DNA of 64,000 bases, taken from contig OZ059899.1 of NCBI GenBank assembly GCA_964057225.1, forward strand, positions 6,448,001 through 6,512,000, given 5' to 3'. Of the stretch, positions 51,816 to 64,000 are shown in pieces. Under the pieces are notes generated by a model. It did not search any database and had not been told where the DNA came from. It was given only the letters and a program-made list of their open reading frames with translations. The stretch's first letter is position 1. Each line of letters starts with the position of its first letter. The position numbers and the translations under genes were made by a program. The stretch comes from Auanema rhodensis. Lineage: Eukaryota > Animalia > Nematoda.

Positions 51816-54800
51816 TATAATATATGTATTTGATAATAAACTAAGAAAGCAGCACAAGTTTGAAAGTGAAACAAAGGATTGAGAAGCAAAAAAAAATGAA
51901 AGATGAGAACTCGTGTAAAGATTTTTTAGCCCAACTTAGAGATCTTGTAAGTATGTACGGCAAATTTTTTTAAAAATAGAAACTTCAAGAATAGATGAAG
52001 TAATATGAAGTGGAAAGAATCAGCAAGTGAACAAGGATGTGTATATGCACGAAATAGTGTATAAAAGATATAAAGCTTCAAATTTCTTTCTTGTCTTTCA
52101 TACATTCTGAGTAATTACAAAGTTTTAGATTTAGCTTGTTTATTACTTAAAATTAAGAAATATTATATATAATAACAACCATATTCTAATAGTCACAATT
52201 ATTGATGATATAATATAATAATTGATTTCTTTTGCATTATAACAAATTTTGATTTACTTTCTAAACTTATTCAACGTTTAATATTTGCTAAAACTTTGTA
52301 AGCATAATCAAAAATGTTGATAAACATAAATAACTAAAAATTGAAATTTATTTGAAGACGTACAAGAAGAATAAAGTTTCAAAGAATGGAAAACAAGCAG
52401 AATTTAATATTGGAAAGTCGATTCAAACTAACATATCTTAAGTGATTAAAAACATAAATAATTATAGAAATGATTGATTATTCAGAATAGAAAAAAGATT
52501 CAAAGTTATATTTTTCAAAATTTTTTAGGATTACAAAGTAAAAAATTGGCGTGAGCTTGAAGATTAAGAATGGAGAGAGGAAGCACAAGCGCACAAATTT
52601 GTTAGTTTTCTGGAGTGTTCAGAAGATGCACAGATATTTTAGAACAAATATAAAAAAAAACTTAAAGCAAATTGTATTTATTAGTTTGCAGATAAACTTT
52701 TCTACTATGCATAATATATATTCTTGATAAATTTCGATGAAAGTGATAAGGATGAAAGATGATGTATAGCTTGTTTTGGCTTTTTTTTAGCTTTTCATCA
52801 CTAAATGTATACATGCATATGTAATATCTTGCTCTTTTTTTCAACTTGTTGATATAATCTGAATTTGATGAATGGAGTATAGTTGTAAATATAAAAAACA
52901 GATTGTTCATAAACTGCTTGGGAATTTATGCATATACACATTTTCAGATTTTCAGATTTAGCAAAAAATTGATAAAAGTATAAATAACGTCATAACAGAT
53001 TAAAGATTTCTAGATATCAGATCAAGAATATTTAAGAATATTCAAGTAAATTTCTACTTTTTTCATTTTTTCCCAAAACATAAGCAAGATTTCTGTACTA
53101 TTACTTAAAGCAAAAAAGGGTATGTTATAATATAACATGAACTCTGATCAGTTGATAAGAAATATATTTCACATTTAGACTTGTAAGTATAACATACATA
53201 TATACAATATATATATTAAATCTTAAAAAATACAACTTTCGTAAATCCGCACATATCGTATATGTACATAGTAGCTATAACACAACTATTAATTATTTTT
53301 ATTTTTAAAAAACTCAAAGAATTCACTTTATTTTATTTAAACAAATAATGTGAACATTATAAATTAAAATCAACTAAAGGAAGAAAGATCTCTTTTACAA
53401 TTTTTCAAAATTACTCTCACAATAATCTTATGTTATAGAATTATCTTGGTTTTTATTATTCAATTTATATATTTTATAATTTGTTATATATATAACAAAT
53501 TAATTATGAGAAATAACATAACAGGAAGAATGTTTTCAATTTGTGATAGCTGACATTTAAAAAATTCAAAGATGAACGATACTAGATTGAAATCCCTACG
53601 ACACCAAGAGTCCTCTCGAAACAGTGAGTATTACAATTAACTAATAAATAGTTAATATCAATCAAAATATTAAACTTAATTAATGTATATAAAACATATA
53701 GTAAAAATTATGATTTAAAGTTTTAAATATTACTTGGTATAACGTCGGCAGAGCTATTGAAGTTACATATGATATGAATACATTTGCTTTACATATTATA
53801 AGCATAAGATAGCTTTGAAGTTCATTTTTTATTATTTGTTGGATATCAAAAGGATTTGAATTTTTAATTATCTAAAGGAAGCCTTCGAAATAAAAACTTG
53901 CAACTTTCGAAAAGTCTTATAGTTCGATAATAAAAAACATATTTGGTTGTTTGTCTAAACACAGAGAAATTTCATTATTTTGATATATTTGTTGTATTTG
54001 ACGGATGATGTACAGAAGAGCATTGAAACTTAAAGAATATTCAGGATTTCAATGATTCAATACAAATATGTAAATATAATTAATCAAAAAGAAATATATT
54101 TTTCAATATTTCAGAAATATCTTTTATGGACGAAAAAAGAAATACTATAAAAATAAAATAATTCAAAACTTTATACAAAAATATAAATGTAGATCTATAA
54201 CTTTGTTAGCAAAATTATTAGAATAAGTTTAACAAACTGATCACATAATCTTAAAAAGATCTAAAAACATTCGCCCTTAATTGAAGACAATCATGTTATA
54301 AGGTTATTTTAGAAATATTTATAAACTTTGTATTAAAGATGCTAAAAAAAAATATTTCTAAAATAAAATAAGAATTTGAATCAATAGCTCAACTATAAAT
54401 GTGATTTGATATAATATTATAAAGCAATGGAACGTTTTTGAAAAGATGTGAAAGCTGTCAAGGTTTTTTTCAGTTATTAAAGTATTCAACATCTGGTCAC
54501 AGATAGATAATTCATAAAAAGCTTGATTACTAAGAAGTCAAGATTATAATATTGTTGAAAAATAACGAAAAAATCAATTTTGTAGGAGAAATATCTGAAG
54601 GATGATTCAAAAATAAATATTAATTCAAATATATTAAAAATATATATAATATGCATGAGGAAAAAGGACTGATTTGAATTGAATTTTTAGCTTAAAACAG
54701 ATCTCAATTAAGTCGAAAAGAATGAAAACTATAAAAATTAATTTGAACTGAGTGTAATCTTCTTCAAAGTTCTAATTACCCAAATTATATTTACGTTATA

Positions 54801-56587
54801 TATATATGCGAATGGATGAATGGGTCGAACTGTTGACCATATGAAGTAAAATAAGAAAATTTGCAAAATATTCATTCTAGCCGTTTACTAAAACAATTGC
54901 AGAACTTAAATAATTACTCGGAAAAGATATTTGTTCAAAAATTATCCGAAAGATGTGGGTAACTCAAAAATGAGTAACTCATCGATAGCGTTTTAAAAGC
55001 TTGAGTAGGGTTAGCAAGTGATCTCCGGTCATCAGCCAACTACAGACTGAAGAAAGACAAGGAAGGAAAGAATAAGGCATGATTCCGAAGACAAAAAGGG
55101 AGCAAGAGATTGAGAGAGGGTGGGAGAAAACGAATAAGAGAGAGATAGAAAATATGAGAGAGAATAGTTTGTTCATCATTACCATCTTCATTTAGGTTTT
55201 ACATGGATTGAAATTTCAGAAACGTTGATGAGAGCTTATGATGAACAAGATCATCTGATTCATTTTCATGTTACAATATGCGGAGGATTTAAAATGTAAT
55301 TAGACATCTAAGAAAGAAACAGAAAAAATTCGCCTAAACTGCTTACATGGATAGTATTGGACTCAATCCTCATCGCTTCACTCGCTCTCTTTTTCGTTGG
55401 TATTTTCTCTCCGTAACTCATACACTTGAAAGACCGGATGAATGAGCCATAAAACAGGATGGATTAATAAGAACAATGTAAAGTGGCTAATGATCAGCCA
55501 GAAGCAACAGAAAATTCATCCTTATGAGTTACAAGCTTCAGTCTTGCGAACGACCACCAAATCATTCGTGCTTCTGTTTTAGCTTGCTCCCCACTTTCTC
55601 ATTCTCGTATTCCATCCCTTTTTCACGTTTTCTTTTTATGCCGCTTAATTATGCCATAGGGAAGTTAAGACCGGAAAATTATGGTTAAAGGGCACTAAAA
55701 TATATTTCTTGCCATCCTCACAGTCTAATTAGATCTTATAATAAATATACCAGTGGATCATGCAGAGATGATGACGAAGAAAAAAAGGAAGTTTTACTTC
55801 AGCTGTTTTCAGGGCCTCAAAACAATTTCTGACTTCAATCAAATGTGAAACCAGGTGCAATAGACTAAACGATGGTGTTTGATTTTCTTGTATGATTACA
55901 ATTATTCTGATAAATTGTTGTATGATTCCATTTTATCATTTCTATTTCTTTTTTTTTAATAATCATTGTTAATGGTTGTCATTATTACACAGTTTTCAAT
56001 TTCGGATACTCTGTCTTCGAAACGAGTCATATAAGTTCATTTCATGTTCAGAGTCAATTCGAACTTCAAAAACATTCTTGTTGTGTATATCATAAGCTTA
56101 TAATATCTTAAGAACACCGAACTATAGTAAGATACATAAAAAATAATATTATTAAAACTCTTCATTTCGGCTCTATATACAACGAAGTAACAACAGGTGT
56201 TTGTCCAGTGGACATTAGATGAAAATAATATAATTAGTCAGTTTAAGAACTGATGAGGTAACAAAGTGACTACAACTTAAGCACAATGATCCGTAAGATA
56301 AATATGTTTAAATAAACCTGTGAAATGAACAATACGTAAAATATGTTTAATTGAAAGTAGCAAGAGGGGGCTACGAAGGAGGGATAATGAGAGGAGCAAA
56401 GAAGAATAAGAAAGATAGAAGAGCAAGGTCAAATTGGAATGAAAATACCTGCGTTGTGTTCGACTAAACAACATCCCGAGGGGAACATGCATTAACAACA
56501 TATAGTTTCAGAAACAATAAATAGTTAAATATGGGTTGGTTGAATAAAATATCAGTGTTAGGGTTAAACGTTTTAGAAACAAGAAAC

Positions 56588-59500
56588 TTATCCGTTGATA
56601 AGCTCAACATCATCTTGACTAGCAGTACTATCTTCAGCGTCTGCTTCAATAACATCATCTACTCTAGCTGCTTCAACGATCTCTTCAGCTTCACCGTCAC
56701 CACTATCATTCTGAAAAATATAACATTAATTAATTAACGACATAATGGTTTTTTACTTCATCGTTGTCTACAATTTCAAGAGTACTTTCTCCATCAGCAC
56801 TTTCAGCAGCTTCTAATCGAACAGGAGTTCCTTCACTATCACCTTCATCGGGTACAATAATATCATCGTTGCGTCCGTCTAATGATAAGCCGTGTATTCC
56901 AGATGATGAGCGATTCAACAAAATTTCAGGTTTATCAAATTCAACAATCTATAACAAATTAATTTAAGACATTTATAGTTTACGGCTTACAAACCTTTCC
57001 ACTTTCCATCATTAGAACTCTATCGCAATTATACACATTTTCTAATCTGTGAGCAATGAGTAGAACAGTACTCTCAGAGAACACCTCCTTGATAACCTGG
57101 AACAAGATTTTCGCTTAGATATATATTTTTTTGATTATTTCTACCTTCTGAATAATCTTGTCCGTCGCTAAATCTAAGCTAGCTGTAGCCTCATCCAATA
57201 AAACAATGCGTGCTTTAGTAAGAATTGCTTTGGTCATACACAAAAGTTGCCGTTCACCAACGGAAAAATTTTCACCTCCAGACTGAACTTCTGCTTCCAA
57301 ATTCTTCTCTAGATTTGAAATCTATAATCAATAAAGTATTCAAAGAAATATAAATTATCCTAGTTACCGCTGTTTTCATGTAGGTTTTTTCCAATGCAAT
57401 CCATAATTCGGAATCTTTAAACTGATTGTTAGGATCTAAATTATATCTTACAGTTCCAGCGAACAAAGAAGGCTCTTGAGGAATAACGGCCATTGCCCTA
57501 AAATTCAATATTTTAGTTATCCAACATGGTAAAATTAATACTTTCTCAATCGATGAAGGCCAATGGTAGATATATCAACACCATCTATGTATATTGTTCC
57601 ACTAGTTAACGGATAAAGACGATAAATAACATTTCCGAGAGACGATTTTCCAGATCCGGTTCTTCCAATAATACCAATCTTCTCACAAGGTAATACATCG
57701 AATGATACTTCATTGAGAGCAAGAGGAAGCTTTGGACGATAACGAAGCCTTCAAAATTGCAAAAAATTTACGAAAAAAACACGAAAAACTTACTTAACAC
57801 TATCAAAAGTAACTTGTCCAGCTTTTGGCCAATCTTTTGGTACATCTATTCCTTTTTTGGTTTCCCAGTCACCTTCGGGAACAATCTCGTCCGAATAATG
57901 AGCAACTCTTTCAACTGACGTCATTTTCGCTTCCAATTCAGTTTGGGTTCGAACAGCGAATTGGAAAATTCCACTCATCTATAAGTTTTAGATATACTAC
58001 CGATTTTATTTATATATCCATATTATTCCTATACCTGAACTGCGAATGCAATAGCCATACCAGCTTCTGCAGGTGAAACAGTGCCAGTCAGAAGAACAAT
58101 TAGAAGAGCTACAGTCGAAGTAATTGCTACAACGAGAAGATCGAGCCAAACAGCGAGCCAACGCATAGCAGATTGAAACATGAATACAGATCCACTGAAA
58201 GCATGATAAATAGTTGAACATTTATATTTGTTTCGTACCTATTGGCATCAAGCTTAACTTTTAATATCTCTAAAAATTTGTCAGTTTGGCCGTACGAATG
58301 AATGCAATGAAGACCCTCCAAAGAGGTAGTGATGTGGTCGAAAAGCGGAGATCGAGAAATATTCTCAGATCGCTTCAAGCTACGAATTCCGGCACGGAAG
58401 CATAAGAGGAACATGAAGAACACAGCCAACAACGGGATGCAAGCTATCAAGAATGTTGGGAAAACCCAAGCAATCACAATCAGAAATCCTATGCATGTTA
58501 TCATGTTTTGAAGAAAAACTTCAGCAGTGAAAGGTAATTTGACGTCAACTGCAAAAAAAAATTAGCTAATATAGAAAATGAAAGTTCCATACTCTCATCC
58601 ATATCTTTACTGAATCTGTTCAAAATTCTGCCTGTAGGAGTTGAGTCAAAGAAGTGAACTGCACCTCGAATAACAGAGTTGAACATGTTGCTATGAAGTC
58701 GTGAAGCCGCATTTAAAGAAACCTATGAAAAGTAAAATATTTTGACAATCGTATATAGAAATACCTTAACAAAAATTCCGGCTTTTAAAAGTCCAGAAAC
58801 AAATAGAACAACAAGGGAAGCTCCATAGATTGTAGCATAATATGAGGTGTCACTGCTTTGGGCTAAGCTACTAGAAGATCGAACAACAGTCCCATTGTTT
58901 TCAATAACAACCTAAATATCATAAATAAAATTGAAAATATATAGCATGTAGGTACTTCTTCTCTATTCTTCAACCAACGAGATAACCAAAATGTGGAGAA
59001 GATCGAAGACACAACATTCAGAACAAAAGCGAAAATGAGAAATGTCCATACAGCCCACGATCCAGCAGCTCTAATATATGAACTAAACGAAAACATGAAT
59101 TAATTCCCTAATAGATATATCTATACCTATAAATCTTCCATGACATTTCTGCAAGACCTAGATCTTCTTCATCATCAACCAATTTCCCATTATCCTTTTC
59201 AATGGCAACAAGATCGGAAGTAGATCCCTGGAGCATTGTGACATCATCCGCTAACTATAAGTTAAAAATTTAAAAATTCATTCATATAGTTAAACAGAAC
59301 ATACCTTTTCGAAATCATCAGTAACAGGGCTAGCAACTCTGTTCTCGGAACGGCTTTCAGTCCTATTAGTATTATATGTTTCTGAAAGTCAAAATTATTA
59401 TCAGGAATACAAGAACTGAAATCCACCTGTTACTTTAGCCGCGATGATATAGTCATTATATACTTTACATGTTTCCAAGAGATCGAGATGGGGTCCATGA

Positions 59501-62500
59501 GCTACGATTCTGCCATTTTCCATGAAAACTACTTTGTCACATAAAGCAAGCCTCTGAAATTAATTATTCCTTTCATACGAGTTTATTGAGGCCACCTGTG
59601 GATCAGATGTTACAAGTACAACAGTTTTGTTTTGAAGTGTGTTTTGAATAGCGTCTTCAAAAATACGATCAGCAACCTTAATAGATATAGCATTTCTAAT
59701 TAATTTATGAAAAACATTACTCACATTCTTGTCTAAACTGGCAAGTACATCATCCAACAAATAAATATCTTTGTGAGCGAATAATGCTCGAGCCAAGGAA
59801 ATACGAGCTTTTTGACCACCTGACAAAGTAGCACCACGTTCGCCAATCTATAAGCTTAAATTAAATTCAAAATAAATATAAATAATGTACCTCAGTATTA
59901 TCCTTTGCTGTCATAGAATCAATATCTTTCTTCAGTTGACAAGAAGCAATTACCTAAAATTTAGTTCATTTATCAAACTGAAACAAAAGTGAGCAGTTGT
60001 ATGCAACTGCACTAATGGACTATGTGATTAAGATAACGGTGAAATTTTATGAAAACAATTTTTATTCAAATTTTGTTTAGACTGCTGCTTTAGTTTTGGT
60101 ATTTTTTCCCGGATTTGTAATATTCAAATGTCTCAAGAAATCTCAAAACGGAAACATTTTCTCGTTTAAAAAACTATTTGAGAAAAGAACAAAAGTACTA
60201 CAACAAGAAGATACTAAAATTGTTGAACACGGAGCATCCAAAAAAGAAAAAATGGTTAATACTTTTTAACTCTAAGCGTTGAAGAAAGGAGTATAATAGC
60301 AGATTGCCGAAAGTATTTCACTACGGAAGCAAGCAGTGCGCCCAAATGAGACCCCAGAGAAAAATTCAGTAAAAGAATTAAAGAACGAAGAAAATAAATT
60401 AACTGCGCAAAATGGAGAGGTGGATTTTTTCACGAAAAAATTATTATGTTATTACTTCAGAAAAAAAATCAAACAAAATTCAAAGTTATTGAGGATGATA
60501 CACTTGATAATATTCCCAGCTTAAAACTTGATGGAAACGATAGTTCGAAGTCGAAATAAGAACGTAGTTGCAAAAGCTCACCTTTTCATATTTCTGTTGA
60601 TTCATATTCAAACCAAAAAGGATGTTTTCTTGAACTGTTGCGTTTTGAATCCATGATATTTGTGGTACATATGCTACAGAACCGCTCACTTCTGTTTCAC
60701 CATCGATGGGGAACATCTGTAATAAATTAATCTAATGAAGTTTTAATGTACGTCAAAACATACATGTCCAATGATACTGGTGAGAAGAGCAGTTTTACCA
60801 CTTCCTACAGCTCCGCAGACTCCAATAAGTTCTTTTTTCTTGATTATCAAAGAAATTTCTTCCAATGCAAATCCCCTTTCAACACTTAAGGTTTCTGTAG
60901 TTTCAGTTGATTCTTTTTCTTTTTCAATTGCAGGAGCCCAAGAGAATTTGCAATTCTTGAAACGAATCGCGTGATTCGAATCATGTGGAACGGGAAACTG
61001 AGAATCCCATTGTTCAAACTATAAAGCATATATTTACATCTAAAAATATATTCCAAGCAAACCAATAGAAGTTCTTGAATCCTACGTATAGCAACAGTAG
61101 CTTCGGCCAAATATCTACTACCATATGGAATCATTCTGATACCAAATAGCATAACAAAGAAAACGGTGATTGCCGAAAAGGCCTAAAACAATTAATAATC
61201 AAAAAAAGTCTAAATAAAATCAATTACGTCACTAGCTAATAAGTCATTTCCAGACAGCACAACTCCCAGAAAAGTTAAGATAGCGGCAACAACCGGAACA
61301 ACAGGACCACAAGCAATGGCTAGGGATTGAGCGTAACCAGCAGTACGAATATCAACCTTTTCTTCGTGTCGCATACCTCAAAAAATATGTTGAAACCCTT
61401 TCACAAAAGAACATATAATACTCCTGATTCTTTTCGAGAAATTTTCTTCCCAACAGTTCATTTTTATTAGACGAATGCTCTTAATAATTTCTCCCATAAG
61501 GCTCATTCTTTTTTCTGTTTTTGTAATAGCACTTGCACGACAACGGACCATCGTCATTCCAAGATAATACTGTAAATTTCTGAATATATCGGAAAAAAAT
61601 TTAGATCTACCTGAATTCCGTCAAATAAAAAGAAGACACCAATACCAATTAGTGACCAAGGTCCAATTACAATGAGCAAATAAATTATACCACCTTAACA
61701 TCAAAAAAGCGACTAAACCAAAAATGAAAAAAATTTACCAATTAAAACAAGTGGGCCAATAAGCACTAAAGGAGCAAACGTGATCGCATCAAACAATCTT
61801 TGGCCATCATTAGCAAACATGTTAACTATCTGCAACAAAACCTTGCGCGATGAAAATATCCAAACTTTACCTCAGCAGCATTTTTTTTGCCCAAACTTCG
61901 AACATTTATTAGGCGTTGGAAAAGAAGCCCTAGAAGAGCTCCTCTAACTCTAATTCCCGTGCGATAAGATATGGCCCATGTTGCACCATATGATAATACT
62001 CGAGCAATTTCAACCTGTAAATCAGTACAAATTAGTAACAATTGTTAAAAAAAAATCCTAAAAATTACGAAAACTAATTAATAAGAGCAACCGAATTTTA
62101 AAACAAAGTGTTTAAAATGATTACCAAACAAATAGATATAACTAGGAACAACCCCCATGCTAAGTCTACACTTTGACCATCTACGGGGGGATTCTCTGCG
62201 AATGATACAAGTCCTGTAAATATAATATTGTAATTAAAAACAACAGTAAAAAACATACCACGAATGAAACAAGTGGGACCGATAAAACCGAAAATAAGAC
62301 AAAAGAAGAAAACACAACAAGCTGCTAGTAGGCGAGTTTTAATAAATCTGTACACCGCCTAAATATGTGAAAATACACATAAGCAATGAGAATTGAAAAG
62401 TTGTACCTTAAAAAGCGATGGAGACTCGGGATTACTTTTTACTTCTTCGTCCCATAAAACCTTCATTCGAGCCATGTTTATATTACTGGCGTCAAAAATA

Positions 62501-63614
62501 CTACAATTCCAAACCTGATCCTTATCAAGTTTACCCTTCAAATTCGAAATACATTTTTGAACAGTTGACTAATGACTTACTCGAAATGCTGAAAGTAGGT
62601 ATTCAAATACCCAACTATAAGTTACAAACGAGAAAAGACCAGACTCATCAATTTTTGCTGATCCTTTCAAAACACTAGGAAAGCACATAACTTCATTGCG
62701 TTAAATAAATACTAACCTTTTACTCGTTCTAATGGGCTGCATGTTCCGTAATGTAGACGAATACCTACTAAGGTCTTTGCTGGGTCGGCCCGAGGTATAC
62801 CGATCAGCTGGATCGGAGCCCATCCTATAAAAATGTTTTATTGTTTTATTATTAAAAAAGAACTCAAAGACTTCACATGTCTGTATAATAAAGAAGCATA
62901 GATAAAATTTATAGTAAAAGACAGTAGCAACAAGTGCATACGATATGACTACGAGAGCATAGTGATGAAGATAAAATCTTTTGCTAATGAATTAATGCTA
63001 TAATTTAAGAGGGGTGATAAAGAATGACTATTCTATTAGGAGACACGAATGGGATATAAATCACACTATTGTGCATGATAGGTGATAATTACTTAAAGAT
63101 AATAACTATGACTGCTTGGATATATAATATAGATAAATCGAATTTATTAAAAGTTTAATGTTGCAGGTTGCCAAAACGGTAAGCGATTGAAAGCATAATT
63201 TTTGATCGGTGATTTAAAAAAACAAAAATATCAAGGACAACTCTTAAGCAAGAATCGTAGAGAAGAATTTGACAAAAAAAGTCGATAAGGTATGAAACTA
63301 TCGTGAAGTTCTTATCCATATAAGTACAAGATATTTTCTATCAGGTAAAAATTATCGGAGAACAAATACAGAACCATCAGAGCAGAGCATATGATGAAAT
63401 ATTTTTCAGGAGATAAGAAGTAGTATAAGAACCAGAAAAAAGTTAGATTTTGAACTTATTTAAAATTATAAATAAAATCATCTTTGAAGTGAACTAACAA
63501 GTGAACTCACCTCTGATGTTTTGATGATTTCATATACACGACTCTTGGATAAACATCCTCTTCATCACGTTCACCAGGGTCCAACTGTACCCGTGCTTCA
63601 TCCACACCCTTCAT
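56588..63614 (-). CDS. mrp-5: ABCC/MRP full transporter lacking TMD0 (ABCC5-like heme exporter)
   Basis: About 30 exons. NBD1 has [21 protein letters not shown] and LLDD. NBD2 has [18 protein letters not shown] and [11 protein letters not shown] motifs include [18 protein letters not shown]-terminus [15 protein letters not shown]; acidic C-tail ends DDVELING*. Confidence 0.9.
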
Positions 63615-64000
63615 CCCTGTAACGAAAATGAAGATAGAAAAATAACATAATGGAAGCCATGTAAAAAAAAAGAGAAAAATTATTTTTGAAGGGCAAAGAA
63701 CACTGAAGAAAAGATGGCATGATTGAATAGACTGTAATCTCACTGGTTTACTCTAAACATTAGAAATTAAATAAAAACATTAAATTGGTAATAGCAAAAT
63801 ATATTTTAAAATAGATTGAAGCTTTTCTTAACTATAAAGTATAAAAACAGCCAACTAGTAGTTAATTTCAGTCCTATTGATACAAATGCACTGAAAGACA
63901 TCAATGAACTAATACGAGAAATCAACAGGAAACGTTCGGTTTAACTAATTTTTATAAAGCTCAATAAGAAATACAAATGAAGATAGCAAGTTCATTTCAA

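Noticed and set aside
51623-51889. Poly-Ile 88-aa ORF
   Set aside because: Reverse complement of a GAT microsatellite.
1-64000. Telomeric TTAGGC arrays or DNA-elimination break sites, CRISPR, tRNA/rRNA, transposase ORFs
   Set aside because: Only isolated hexamers were seen. No repeat-spacer array, cloverleaf or transposase/RT motif was visible by eye.

Overview
Very AT-rich eukaryotic DNA, almost certainly from a rhabditid nematode: 45-60 nt introns, TTTCAG/TTTTAG-type acceptors, putative trans-splice sites and close C. elegans homologues. Most short ORFs in the supplied track are exon fragments or noise, so I spliced the genes by hand. In order: cab-1/NPDC1 (+); a membrane-anchored class I SAM methyltransferase-like gene (+); an F-box/LRR gene (+); the Cys-loop channel lgc-4 (-); a secreted Cys-domain/furin-site/PAN protein (-); stomatin sto-2 (+), whose candidate 5' exons spread over about 22 kb of apparently empty DNA; the nematocin receptor ntr-2 (-), with a candidate first exon about 10 kb upstream; and the ABCC heme exporter mrp-5 (-). 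Non-coding features include a 142-bp exact dispersed duplication, a 70-bp perfect palindrome, microsatellites and GA-rich tracts. I found no prokaryotic-type system, CRISPR array, tRNA, rRNA or autonomous transposon, and no demonstrably new multi-gene system. The best leads are two uncharacterised secretory-pathway proteins, distal alternative exons, relaxed 3' splice sites and conserved X-linked synteny. Gene symbols come from recalled protein similarity, not from a database search.
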